DNA of 64,000 bases from a virus: positions 64,001-128,000 of IMG/VR virus record IMGVR_UViG_3300042384_000211, one strand, 5' to 3'. Under the pieces are notes generated by a model. That model worked only from the letters and a program-made list of their open reading frames with translations. It searched no databases and was not told the origin of the DNA. Made by a program: the position numbers and the translations under genes. Positions within the stretch are counted from its first letter, which is position 1, and the number at the start of each line of letters is the position of its first letter. This document shows, in pieces, positions 47,054 to 56,797 of this stretch.

Positions 47054-49378
47054 CTACAATTTGCACCCCTCACAGTCCGATTCGTCATCAAAGTCAATTA
47101 CTTCTAATGGCATATCTGGTATTTCTTCTGCCGCTGCCTTAGCACCTTTTTTATTAATCAATGAGTAGTAAAAAGTTTTTCCACCCCAATACAAAAAGTT
47201 CATTAGGTTTTTAGCAATCAATGTAGTTGGTACTTTACGATCTGCCCAATGCGCCGGGTTGTAGAAAGTATTGGTACTGATACTTTGATCCACATAGGCC
47301 TGTATAACAGCCGCAGTTTTCAAGTAGGCCGCACAGTCAGTTTGTTCCCACATGAGTTGATATTTATTTTTTAACTTGTGATATTCGGGTACAACCTGTA
47401 TAAAACTGCCCGCTTTGGATTCTTTAACCGAAATTAGACTCATTGGCATTTCAATACCGTTAGTTGAGTTAATAACAACTGAACTACTTTCAACTGGTGC
47501 TACTGCCATTAAGGTAGCATTACGTACACCATATTCTTTCATATCTGTACGTAGAGTTTCCCAATCTAATTCTGGAGTAAAGTCTGCTAAATCATTTACG
47601 CCCTTGGCACGTAATTCCCAAGGAAATATGCCTTGGCCATAGCGTGTGTGTTCACTGTGTAGGCAAGCACCACGTTCTTTGGCTAACTCAACTGTGGCTT
47701 CGGTTAGATAGAATGCTTGATGTTCCATCCACGATTTAACTTCTTGTAAGGCATCTGCTTCGCCGTAGCGTAGACTACGTTTTGCATGCCAATAGGCCAA
47801 GTTAGTAATGCCAATGCCCAATGGTTGTAGTTCATCGTTGCTAAGTTTACTTTGTATGCTTAAGAAATCTTGATAGTCTAAGATGTTACATAAGCTACGT
47901 TGTAGGATGCGACAAGCACGTCGCATGTCCTCTGGATTGCGGAAAGCACCCCAATTTATACTACCGAGTGTACACAGGGCAATGCGACCATTGTCGTCAT
48001 CTAAGCGTTTGAATGGCTTAGTGGGTAGTAAAATCTCGCAACACAAATTACTTTGATAGATTGTATGATACTCAGGATCAAAAGGACCTTGATTTTGCAC
48101 GTTGTCAATAAACACTAAGTAGATACGACCGGTGTCTGTACGTTCTTTTAAGATGCCGCCTCTAAATACTTCTTCGGCACTCATAGTTTTCTTACGTAGA
48201 TCCTTGCGCTTTTCGTACTTGACATAGAGCTCTTCGAATCGCTCTGTGTTTTTGTAGAACGCTTCATACAAGTCAGGTACTTCGTTAGGATCAAAGAATG
48301 TGATCATTTCTTTGTTCTTAAAACGTCTCCAGAAGAATGCACTCAGCACCACTCCGTAGTCCATATGGCGTACACGAGTTTCGTCTGTGCCTTGATTATT
48401 TTTAAGTACAATAAGATCATCAAACTGATGATGCCATATAGGATAAAATACTGTTGCACTTGCGTTACGTATACCGCCTTGACTGCAACTACGCAGGTCT
48501 CCGAACCATTTCTTTAAGAACGGAATCATACCTGTGTGCATGATTTCGCCACCGCGGATAGGACTGCCCAATGGTCGTAAGCGTCCAATCTCTAAGCCAA
48601 TGCCAGCACGTTTGCTAGCATACTTGGCCATCATTTCTCCTGAAGCAAATATGCTATCAAGATCATCATCACTACGAATGAGTACACAACTACTAAACTG
48701 TTTAGTGGGTGTGCCCAAGCCAGCAAGCACAGGTGTAGCAAGAGTGAAAAGACCATCGCTAGCAGCATTGTAATATTCCTTAATAAATTTCATACGAGCA
48801 CTATTGGGCTCTTCTCGGTGCATAACTGTTGCTGCGGCAATCATGTAACGCACCTGCGGTGTTTCATATATTTGTTTAGTACTGCGGTTACGCACAAGGT
48901 ATTTCTCGATTAACTGTTCAATCGCAGCATAGCTATATGACTCATCTTTTTCATGGTCGATGAAGTCATTCATTTTATTCCACTCATCTTCACTGTACCA
49001 TTCAAGTAGTTCGCTGGTATACAATCCTGTAGCTGAGTTAGTTTTAACAATTTCGTAAAGACTTGGAGGATCGTAGCTACCGTAGACATCTTTACGCAAC
49101 ATACTCAGTCGCTGTTTACCTGCTACGTATTGATAGTTTACATGGCCCACATCTGGATTTGACTCTACATCAATCAAGTCAACAATGGCTCGCAGTGTAA
49201 TTTCGTCAATCTCTCTGGTACTGATGCCGTCGTAAAAATGTGGTTGTGCTTTGATTTCAATCATTGATTGACTGACATCAGCAATACCAGCACAGACTTT
49301 AGTAACTTGAGCTTGCCATTTGTCAACTGCCAAAGGCACTCGTGCTCCACTGCGTTTTGTAACTTGAATAGTACTCAA
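47054..49378 (-). CDS. nrdA: Ribonucleotide reductase class Ia alpha subunit
   Basis: ATP cone VTKRSG, QFSSCVLI, SQGGIR, QSNLCCEI, C-terminal CEGCKL. Confidence 0.97.
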   Translation of the reverse strand: MSTIQVTKRSGARVPLAVDKWQAQVTKVCAGIADVSQSMIEIKAQPHFYDGISTREIDEITLRAIVDLIDVESNPDVGHVNYQYVAGKQRLSMLRKDVYGSYDPPSLYEIVKTNSATGLYTSELLEWYSEDEWNKMNDFIDHEKDESYSYAAIEQLIEKYLVRNRSTKQIYETPQVRYMIAAATVMHREEPNSARMKFIKEYYNAASDGLFTLATPVLAGLGTPTKQFSSCVLIRSDDDLDSIFASGEMMAKYASKRAGIGLEIGRLRPLGSPIRGGEIMHTGMIPFLKKWFGDLRSCSQGGIRNASATVFYPIWHHQFDDLIVLKNNQGTDETRVRHMDYGVVLSAFFWRRFKNKEMITFFDPNEVPDLYEAFYKNTERFEELYVKYEKRKDLRKKTMSAEEVFRGGILKERTDTGRIYLVFIDNVQNQGPFDPEYHTIYQSNLCCEILLPTKPFKRLDDDNGRIALCTLGSINWGAFRNPEDMRRACRILQRSLCNILDYQDFLSIQSKLSNDELQPLGIGITNLAYWHAKRSLRYGEADALQEVKSWMEHQAFYLTEATVELAKERGACLHSEHTRYGQGIFPWELRAKGVNDLADFTPELDWETLRTDMKEYGVRNATLMAVAPVESSSVVINSTNGIEMPMSLISVKESKAGSFIQVVPEYHKLKNKYQLMWEQTDCAAYLKTAAVIQAYVDQSISTNTFYNPAHWADRKVPTTLIAKNLMNFLYWGGKTFYYSLINKKGAKAAAEEIPDMPLEVIDFDDESDCEGCKL

Positions 49379-49396
49379 CTTGATAACCTCTTTATT

Positions 49397-49858
49397 TTAG
49401 TATTTTTCTAATTGTAGATCTTTTGTAGTATAACTGTACAGTAATTGCAACTGCTTTTCTTCTATTAGTTCTGTATTTACTATCTTGTAGGGCCAGTAAT
49501 TAAGAATATATTTTCCATGATCAACACTCACTACGTTGGAGCGAGTTTTTGTCTGATAATCATAGTAGATGTGCAACTCTATGTTGATATCTTTATGACT
49601 ACTGAAGTATATAGTGTACATGATCCCAAGAGCTTTTGCAACATCACAATAGTAGTTTTCGGCTAACAATTCCCAGGGATCTGGCCAAACTTCTGTGCTG
49701 TCGTGCGGTAGATAAAAGGTAACAAATGGAGCTGTACTCCACATTGCATTGACTTCAGCTACAGCCTTGGCCAATGGTAGGTCACTGATCTTATGTCGAA
49801 GGTCTTTCCATTGGGTCAGCCTATCGCTGATCCTAAGCATCCAAAAATTTGCCCACAT
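49397..49858 (-). CDS. Conserved hypothetical protein
   Basis: WPDPWELL..N.YC..AKALG motif. Confidence 0.65.
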   Translation of the reverse strand: MWANFWMLRISDRLTQWKDLRHKISDLPLAKAVAEVNAMWSTAPFVTFYLPHDSTEVWPDPWELLAENYYCDVAKALGIMYTIYFSSHKDINIELHIYYDYQTKTRSNVVSVDHGKYILNYWPYKIVNTELIEEKQLQLLYSYTTKDLQLEKY

Positions 49859-49859
49859 A

Positions 49860-51428
49860 TTATATAAACGATCTGATATTGTATTTGATAGTAGCGTTAC
49901 TCAAAGGAGCCGAACTAGGCGTAATGTAGGTTAATGCAGCATTTGTGCCAAATGTAGCAAATCCTAAAATTACGCCTACATCTGTATTTTCGCTGTAGTC
50001 ATCTTCAAATATAACATTGCCGCTGGTCTGTACTATTCGCATACTGCCTACGCGATAATTACCACCTTTAGTAATAGTATAATCTAAAATACTAGTTGTA
50101 TTACTAGTAAAGGTAATCCCTGTGTTAGCAGCCACTGCTACGTTACCTGTTAAGGTAAGTGCATATCCTGGAGAAGATTGTAGTGCTCCACTGGTACTTG
50201 CTGATGTTTGACTTACTGTAGTTGTACTTAATAATTCAACTAACGGTCTAACAGCAATATTACCAGCATCCCTATCAAATAAATCTCCAACACTGTAATT
50301 GTTTGATGTATTCCAGGTAAGTACTGAAGTATTTGCAACATTTCCTACTAGGTCTGTACTGTTGCCCATACCCACTGAACGATAGTGATTAAACACACTA
50401 AATGTAGAGCTAGCATTTGCTGAAAAGATAGCTTGTTTTGCTATGCGATCAAACATACTATTTGTCACACGTATGCTTTGCGGACTTGATGTAGTTGCAG
50501 ATACGTTAAGTCCTTGATGCAGGTTGTCAAAATAGCAATTATTAAAAGCTACACCACGAACATCACCATTTATACTGCCTGCATAAGTGATGTTTGCAAA
50601 ACTACTTTCATTGAAATAAATATTTTGAGTAGTGCTAACTGTGCCTTGCAATCTAACAGCTGCTTTTAAGTTGCCCGATGTTAGTATTGACGAATTTCCT
50701 TCAAAATCAACTCGATTAAAAGAAACAGTGGTTGCACTATCAATGACTACAATATGATCATCTGTCTGATTTTCCAACGACATATCAGTGATATCAATTT
50801 GGTTAGGTAATATAGCACTACTAAATCCTAAACTACCATCACTTTGTCTTAGACTATCGCGTAATTTAATTACTACATTGCTACCAGTAGTATGTTTAAT
50901 AACTGTTGATTGTGCACCGTCACCAAAAATACTAGCGTGACTGGGCAATACTAAACAATTACCTGCTAGGTTGTATATCCCTGCAGGGAAATGTATTCTA
51001 CGTCTAACACCTATTGAATCGTATACTGCACCTAACGGATTGTATATTTGATCAATTGCACGTTGTAATGCAATAGAGTCATCTGTAGACCCGTCGCCTA
51101 CTGCACCAAAATCACGAACACTAATCTGTTCATCTAATTTATGCCCAAAGGTACGCTCAATGAATCCTGTAGCAGTAAGACCTGTTTGACTACCAAAACC
51201 AGATTCGTCACCTTTGAACTGATAAGCTTCAAGAGCTGAAAGAATATCGCTGTTTGCTGTTAGAATTTCAGTATTGCCAATTAACGGTGCGCCTTCTGCT
51301 AAGGTGCCATTACCAATCCAAAGCCTGCGCTCGTCATTACTCCAGCCCATTTCGCCTGAAGCTAATTGCGGTAAGTTTTCCTGTAGGCCTCTGCGTACTT
51401 GTATCTTAGAAATTTGAATTACAGCCAT
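49860..51428 (-). CDS. Virion protein with pectate-lyase-like beta-helix
   Basis: ISKIQVRRG..LPQLASGEMGW, SVRDFGAVGDGSTDD, FPAGIY. Confidence 0.8.
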   Translation of the reverse strand: MAVIQISKIQVRRGLQENLPQLASGEMGWSNDERRLWIGNGTLAEGAPLIGNTEILTANSDILSALEAYQFKGDESGFGSQTGLTATGFIERTFGHKLDEQISVRDFGAVGDGSTDDSIALQRAIDQIYNPLGAVYDSIGVRRRIHFPAGIYNLAGNCLVLPSHASIFGDGAQSTVIKHTTGSNVVIKLRDSLRQSDGSLGFSSAILPNQIDITDMSLENQTDDHIVVIDSATTVSFNRVDFEGNSSILTSGNLKAAVRLQGTVSTTQNIYFNESSFANITYAGSINGDVRGVAFNNCYFDNLHQGLNVSATTSSPQSIRVTNSMFDRIAKQAIFSANASSTFSVFNHYRSVGMGNSTDLVGNVANTSVLTWNTSNNYSVGDLFDRDAGNIAVRPLVELLSTTTVSQTSASTSGALQSSPGYALTLTGNVAVAANTGITFTSNTTSILDYTITKGGNYRVGSMRIVQTSGNVIFEDDYSENTDVGVILGFATFGTNAALTYITPSSAPLSNATIKYNIRSFI

Positions 51429-51456
51429 GTTCTCAACCTTAATCTATATCTTATAT

Positions 51457-52155
51457 TTAGCTAAGACGATAATACTGCTCGACTCTTTCTAGCCACTTGG
51501 CTGTCCACTTTTCCCATTCTGCGCCTTCAACTGTCCAGGTTTGAAATTGTACTGGTTCGTCGGGCTTAGGCGCCACTGCCATTAGAATAACACCTTGTTG
51601 AATGTCCGTTCCGTGAGTTTCGTTGTGTGCTAATCCATATGCGCATAACTGGAGAAAATAGTCTTCAATCCATTCAGTTTTCTTAGGTTTATTAGTCTGT
51701 TTGTAGTCAATAATAGCTGGTTTTGACTTGTAAACACCGCAGGCATCAGTAGTACCAGCATACAAGCCTTCGACGTATAACGGTACTTCTATGCCCCACA
51801 TTTCGTCAACGTGTACAAGGCCGTTTTCTACAATACTCTGCGCCATTCTGTGACTTTGTTGGCTAAAAGGATTAGTGCCTGGTTCACCAATAACACGATC
51901 ATTCTTTACATAGTCTTCTAACCACTTGTGCATACGTGTGCCACGGTTAGCGGCTTCTGTGGTAATTTCCTGTGCTCGAGCTTCACCCACTGACCTACGC
52001 CAGTTTTGTAGGGCTTCGACTTTTTCTCGAGGTTTGGTTTTGTCTAAGATTGTAGTAACACTAGGAACTTTGTTACCGCCGGGGGTAGCGTATAAACGCC
52101 GTCCTTCTACGCTTTCACGTAGGATAGGTGTGTAGTTGTATTTTTGTATAAGCAT
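51457..52155 (-). CDS. PD-(D/E)xK (Cas4-like) exonuclease
   Basis: PSVTTIL, RGTRMH, EVPL, YAGTTD, IIDYK, QLCAY. Confidence 0.88.
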   Translation of the reverse strand: MLIQKYNYTPILRESVEGRRLYATPGGNKVPSVTTILDKTKPREKVEALQNWRRSVGEARAQEITTEAANRGTRMHKWLEDYVKNDRVIGEPGTNPFSQQSHRMAQSIVENGLVHVDEMWGIEVPLYVEGLYAGTTDACGVYKSKPAIIDYKQTNKPKKTEWIEDYFLQLCAYGLAHNETHGTDIQQGVILMAVAPKPDEPVQFQTWTVEGAEWEKWTAKWLERVEQYYRLS

Positions 52156-52191
52156 ATTATTAGTATATAGCAGCCATATACTAAAGTCAAC

Positions 52192-52587
52192 TTATTCCGA
52201 AATATGATCTTTTTTAATTTCTCTTACTGGGTCGTTAAACTGTTCAGCAAGGGCATTTTTAATATCAACTCGCACATATCCAACATCGCGTATGTGTAAT
52301 GCTCTACGCCCAATTTCTTCTAATGGAAGATTGTCTATTTTGGCTTTTTTAAAATCATCTTCTAACGACCAAACATATTCGTGATGTTGGATTAGTTGCT
52401 GTATAAGTGTATGCAGTTTAGATATACCCGTTTCGTCCATTTGCTCACTGTAGAATTTAACTTCTTCGGCATTAGCATCGTTGGTTTTACTGCTTTTAAC
52501 TATAGCAATACAATATCGATCAACTATTTCAATGACTGGGAATTTCATATAGATATTTATACAGTAAAGGACTCTCCACATCCACAC
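52192..52587 (-). CDS. Hypothetical helical protein (start probably MKFPV, 52548)
   Basis: ORF track. Confidence 0.55.
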   Translation of the reverse strand: MWMWRVLYCINIYMKFPVIEIVDRYCIAIVKSSKTNDANAEEVKFYSEQMDETGISKLHTLIQQLIQHHEYVWSLEDDFKKAKIDNLPLEEIGRRALHIRDVGYVRVDIKNALAEQFNDPVREIKKDHISE

Positions 52588-52877
52588 CGGGCTGATTCAT
52601 TGGGATTGATGAACTCAAACCCTTCGTTGAGTCCTTTACGTTGATAATCAACTTGCATACCTTCTAGATATACTAGGTCTTTGGTAGAAACAATTACTGT
52701 TACTCCTTGCTGATTAATTTCAATGTCGCCTTCAGTAAGAATATCAGCAAACTCTAAAGTATATGCCATACCGCTACAACCCGTAGTACGAACACCTACC
52801 CGCATGCCGATACCTTTTCTACGATTGTCTAAGGCGGATTGCATTTTTTCTGCAGCTATTTTAGTTAGTGTGATCAT
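52557..52877 (-). CDS. iscA: Fe-S cluster carrier IscA
   Basis: TTGCSGMAY, EGFEFINPN...CGCGESF. Confidence 0.95.
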   Translation of the reverse strand: MITLTKIAAEKMQSALDNRRKGIGMRVGVRTTGCSGMAYTLEFADILTEGDIEINQQGVTVIVSTKDLVYLEGMQVDYQRKGLNEGFEFINPNESARCGCGESFTV

Positions 52878-52884
52878 TAATTTT

Positions 52885-53535
52885 TTATTTCCCAGGGTTT
52901 AACTGCCTATAAATATTTAAAACGTGCTGTAATTTACCTGTATCATAGTTCGTAATAGACATAAAATTTGCTATTTTATCAATTAATGTTTGACTATCAT
53001 TTATACTACTAAATTTAATTTCAAGTGTACTATCTTTATGCTTTGGGAGAGAATATACCCAATATGAATATTGATGATTATTAGCTAACCAATTTTGTTC
53101 TCCTGTTGGTATAACAGTGCCAGAGCAAAATTCTTCGTAAGTTGGCCAAGATGATCCTGCCAGTTGAGTATATGTATTTTTATCAGTGAGGTCAATTTTT
53201 GTTTTTTTATTTGCCCGGTAAACCATTTCGTTAATATCGTCCGGTGTAAATGTTATATAAATTACTTTTTTGCCTGTTTCAACTAATAACTCTACATTAG
53301 TAAAATGTCCTATTATAACATCTTTATTTGGTAATTTTTTAATAATTATATCTTGGGGCAAACTCGAATTAACATGTATAAAACCGTGAGCTACCGAAGA
53401 GTGCATTGAGCCGTTTTCGTCGGGATAACTTTCACTATTTCCTAGTAAAATACTGCATAGTGCTCCTATTAAATGCCCTCCGCTTCCCGCAGGAAAGCAC
53501 ACAACAATATTTTGGTTTTTCTTATAAGTATTCAT
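52885..53535 (-). CDS. Sulfotransferase-like/P-loop hypothetical protein
   Basis: CFPAGSGGHLI; Y..LAGSSWPTYEEF motif. Confidence 0.45.
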   Translation of the reverse strand: MNTYKKNQNIVVCFPAGSGGHLIGALCSILLGNSESYPDENGSMHSSVAHGFIHVNSSLPQDIIIKKLPNKDVIIGHFTNVELLVETGKKVIYITFTPDDINEMVYRANKKTKIDLTDKNTYTQLAGSSWPTYEEFCSGTVIPTGEQNWLANNHQYSYWVYSLPKHKDSTLEIKFSSINDSQTLIDKIANFMSITNYDTGKLQHVLNIYRQLNPGK

Positions 53536-53552
53536 TTTACTACATTTTATTT

Positions 53553-53938
53553 TTAATTATTTTTCTTACGATAATCCTCTATAGCACTTTTAATAGCGTC
53601 TTCTGCTAGAACACTACAGTGAATCTTAACTGGTGGAAGCGCAAGTTCCTCAGCAATCTCAGAGTTTTTAATCATTTGGGCTTGGTCCAATGTGCGACCT
53701 TTTAGCCATTCAGTGACAAGACTGCTGCTGGCAATTGCACTTCCGCAACCATAAGTTTTGAATTTGGCATCTGTGATGATATTGTTTTCTACTTTTATTT
53801 GAAGTTTCATAACATCACCTGTCATCCGCAAGCTGGGGCACCGACGATTCCGGTCCCAACTTGCGCATTCTCCTTATCTAAAGATCCTACATTTCTTGGA
53901 TTTTCATAATGGTCAAGTACCATTTTTGAATAGCTCAT
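53553..53938 (-). CDS. iscU: Fe-S scaffold IscU, interrupted by an 8-nt insertion (53938..53822 plus 53825/53819..53553)
   Basis: MSYSKMVLDHYENPRNVGSLDKENAQVGTGIVGAPACG* then, in another frame, GDVMKLQIKV..KFKTYGCGSAIASSS..LPPVKIHCSVLAEDAI. Confidence 0.9.
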
Positions 53939-54566
53939 ACAACATTTCCTTTGTAATTAAACATTTTGTTCCTTTACTAGAATTTTCTTTAACAGGAATA
54001 AAGTGTAAATTATATATATGTCCCATAACTTTAGGTGGCACATTATTGTCAAATCCCACTCTTACACTATATTTGTGATCTAAGCTATATCCTATTTTGC
54101 TTCTTTTTTCATAATTCTCTAATACTGATAAATCATTCTTCTCTGACCAATAATGAACTTTACGTCTGTATTTTTTAAATTCTGCATAGGCCAGACTGTC
54201 TGGTGGATAAATTTGTCCTTTTGCAATCCTGGTTGCTCTTGCTTTTCTTTTGCTTTCTTCGGATACAATCCTGCCTGTATTACCTTTGGATATTTTTTGC
54301 TTATGAGATTCAGACATTGTCTTTCCTTCCCAATACCCTCTGGCTAAATTGGCTAAACTATTTGGATGGTTTAAGGACACTCCAAACATAGGATTATTTT
54401 CACCTTGTTTAGCTTCACTTGCTTTTTTACGCCATGCATCTGATCTATTATTAGCTGCCCATCTGCGGGAACAAATAGGCCCGCAAAATCTGCGCCTTAA
54501 TTCTTTTTTTCCTGCTTTGGGTAAAATAAATTTATTACTACAACATTCGCAAATTTTTTCTAGCAT
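53913..54566 (-). CDS. Homing endonuclease (Zn finger + NUMOD3 + HNH-like), overlapping the iscU 5' end
   Basis: CECC..FCGPIC, GENNPMFG, MSESHKQKIS, LDHKYS...NL....EN.SK; start reassigned to MLEKIC. Confidence 0.8.
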   Translation of the reverse strand: MLEKICECCSNKFILPKAGKKELRRRFCGPICSRRWAANNRSDAWRKKASEAKQGENNPMFGVSLNHPNSLANLARGYWEGKTMSESHKQKISKGNTGRIVSEESKRKARATRIAKGQIYPPDSLAYAEFKKYRRKVHYWSEKNDLSVLENYEKRSKIGYSLDHKYSVRVGFDNNVPPKVMGHIYNLHFIPVKENSSKGTKCLITKEMLYELFKNGT

Positions 54567-54660
54567 ATAGGATTCTCGTATTGTTCTATTATTTAGTCCG
54601 TTACGAAATTCCATAAGTGTATTACATAGTAACACTATTTATATGGTAGTGTAAATGATT

Positions 54661-55047
54661 TTAAAATAAAGGAGCGCCACGTGTTTTTGCTGCACGTTTA
54701 GCCATATCGTCGACTGTGTCAACTGGGGTATTTAACGTTTCATCATCTACGTTAGTAGTAGTGTCGACTTCATCTGGTTCTTCGTCGCCCCATGGTTGAA
54801 GTTCTACATATTTACGATTGAAGCTTTTGATTAGATTTTTTACTGCTGAGTTTTCTTTGTTAGCTGCTACCAGTGCTTCGTAGTCGAATGTACGATCTGT
54901 ATTTAACACCATATTGATTAAACTTTGCGTACCGATCTTTGCCGCAGTCGGTACATCTTTATAGCGATTACGAATAACTGTCAGAGCCGTTAGTAAATTC
55001 GACTCTGGAGTATTAGTAGGACCGTGTGCAAATTCGCTTAAGCGCAT
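54661..55047 (-). CDS. Hypothetical (putative head-associated) protein
   Basis: MRLSEF N-terminus. Confidence 0.6.
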   Translation of the reverse strand: MRLSEFAHGPTNTPESNLLTALTVIRNRYKDVPTAAKIGTQSLINMVLNTDRTFDYEALVAANKENSAVKNLIKSFNRKYVELQPWGDEEPDEVDTTTNVDDETLNTPVDTVDDMAKRAAKTRGAPLF

Positions 55048-55730
55048 TAACGTGTTTCACGGCCTAGTTCTTCTGAACCGCCCACTGCGGCATCAGTAGC
55101 CGCAAAGCCGTCAGTATCTTCCGCGTCCAAATCACTCATTGGTGGCATTTCTGCGCCTAGGCCTGCAGTCATGTCAGGTTCGCCACCAAGGTCCATAGGA
55201 CTGTCAACTTGCTCACCGCTTAAGATACGCACACCTGTGTCAACCCCTTCACGTGCTTGTTGTAGGTTTGTCATTAGAGTTGCTAATGTTTCGCCTACTG
55301 CGTTTTTGAATCCGTCAGCTTGTTCACTGCCGATTTGATCACGGATGCTGTCTAACAGTTGTGGTAATTGTTCATTTTGCATTTTACCAACTTTCTCAAT
55401 GGCATCTTGTACGCTATCAACCATATCTTTAGCAGCCAACAATACTTCTGCATTGCTAACTTCACCTTCTATTAGTCGGCGGCGGTTTTCTTGTAGCCAG
55501 GTACTTAAACCTTCTTGAACTGTTAGTAGTTCCATATAACGTGGATTACGTTCTGCTGTGTGGAAATTATTAGTACGACGAATCTTATTAAGATTAGCAG
55601 TAATAGTTTCGCTTAGACGTTTTGCTTTTGCCATTGATAGATTGTTAAAATCAATAGAAAATCCAAATCGACTTTCCATAAATTTGTTAATTCTTTTAGT
55701 AGATGTCAACGACATTTCTGAGAGTTTCAT
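55047..55730 (-). CDS. Hypothetical acidic protein (scaffold/core-like)
   Basis: MKLSEM, LIEGEV..AEVLLAAKDMVD, acidic tail. Confidence 0.6.
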   Translation of the reverse strand: MKLSEMSLTSTKRINKFMESRFGFSIDFNNLSMAKAKRLSETITANLNKIRRTNNFHTAERNPRYMELLTVQEGLSTWLQENRRRLIEGEVSNAEVLLAAKDMVDSVQDAIEKVGKMQNEQLPQLLDSIRDQIGSEQADGFKNAVGETLATLMTNLQQAREGVDTGVRILSGEQVDSPMDLGGEPDMTAGLGAEMPPMSDLDAEDTDGFAATDAAVGGSEELGRETR

Positions 55731-55741
55731 AGTTTTAATTC

Positions 55742-56233
55742 CTAAACTTTAATATATTTAGCCAAGTTTTGACTTTTCTTTAATTGTTGCTTAGTCTGCT
55801 CGATGCGAGACATTGTTTCAGTATATTTACTGCTGTATAACCGTAAATCCCAATCATCGTTGGCTTCTTTAGCTTTTTTAAAACGATGTCTGTAAAGTAT
55901 AGCTTCAAAATCCAATCGACTTAATAGGTCATCACCTTCTTTAATTTCTTTAGCTAATACATAATCTTTTTTGTGCATAGCAATACAATAAAATATTGCA
56001 TCTTTTCGTGTAAAAAAATCAAATATCTGTTGATCATTTTCAGTAACCTGCCAACATTTGTCATTGAATTTTTGTATCTTGTATTTATTTCCTACAATTA
56101 ATAAATTCGAACCAATTTGATAACAAAACGGTAAAGGTTGGTTGACTAAGCGAGATAATTCATTTTCTGTAAATCTACGAATTTTCTCAACATCTATTTC
56201 AACCAATGGTTTTTTTGTAGTAGATTTTGCCAT
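55742..56233 (-). CDS. Hypothetical protein
   Basis: ORF track. Confidence 0.6.
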   Translation of the reverse strand: MAKSTTKKPLVEIDVEKIRRFTENELSRLVNQPLPFCYQIGSNLLIVGNKYKIQKFNDKCWQVTENDQQIFDFFTRKDAIFYCIAMHKKDYVLAKEIKEGDDLLSRLDFEAILYRHRFKKAKEANDDWDLRLYSSKYTETMSRIEQTKQQLKKSQNLAKYIKV

Positions 56234-56408
56234 CTTGATTAGTACGTAAGAGTACGTCCTTGACTGTTAATTGATTAGCCAATAGTTGTTGTCTCTCATC
56301 AAGTTGGCTTTTTGCAACGGGGCTATCACCTTCAAAATGAGCTAATAGCTCGTGTTCTTCGTTGGTGATAGGTAATAATATGTTATTTGTTAGTTCTACG
56401 ATTTTCAT
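56199..56408 (-). CDS. Small winged-helix-like hypothetical protein
   Basis: LDERQQLLANQLTVKDVL pattern. Confidence 0.55.
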   Translation of the reverse strand: MKIVELTNNILLPITNEEHELLAHFEGDSPVAKSQLDERQQLLANQLTVKDVLLRTNQDGKIYYKKTIG

Positions 56409-56437
56409 ACTGTTAACCTAAGTGTAACAGTATTTAG

Positions 56438-56701
56438 TTAATTGAAAAGACCTTTAGTGATAAATCCAATTAGGCCTGCGGCTAGTACACCAATGACTGT
56501 GGTGAATATACTGATAGTCTGTTTGTTTTGTCCTTCGACTTTAGATGCAAGACTGTTCTTGATGTCTACCATATGTAGCTCAAGTTTGTCTAAACGGTGC
56601 TCTAAATTATCTATTTTAGTTTCCAAGTTATTGTACCTTATGGCACATAATTCAACGTGGGCTTCTAAACTTTCTTTCTCAATATCTGTAGGTGTAGACA
56701 T
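56438..56701 (-). CDS. Coiled-coil plus C-terminal TM protein (holin/XhlA-like)
   Basis: LEAHVELCAIRY..LETKIDNLE, hydrophobic C-terminus. Confidence 0.55.
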   Translation of the reverse strand: MSTPTDIEKESLEAHVELCAIRYNNLETKIDNLEHRLDKLELHMVDIKNSLASKVEGQNKQTISIFTTVIGVLAAGLIGFITKGLFN

Positions 56702-56790
56702 AATCGCTTTTCCTGTTAGCGATGCTGTTTTATGAGCCTTGATAGTTTGCCTGTTGTGTGCCTTAATATGTGATGATTAGCATCAAATAA
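56702..56790 (-). promoter_or_regulatory. Structured 5' leader with alternative stems and three AGGC repeats
   Basis: GAUGCU...AGCAUC versus AUCGCU-aacAGGAaa-AGCGAU directly before the AUG. Confidence 0.45.
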
Positions 56791-56797
56791 TATTTAT

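Noticed and set aside
45171-49378. Introns or inteins in nrdA/nrdB (also helicase and dnaK)
   Set aside because: All are continuous ORFs of normal length; the endonuclease lies between nrdA and nrdB.
51457-52155. Cas4-like nuclease as evidence of CRISPR-Cas
   Set aside because: No repeat-spacer array or other cas genes seen; this is a common stand-alone phage exonuclease.
53820-53827. iscU TGA as selenocysteine, stop-codon reassignment, or a group I intron
   Set aside because: Readthrough would not restore the frame (8-nt offset). TGA and TAG end many other genes normally. Eight nucleotides is far too short for a self-splicing intron.
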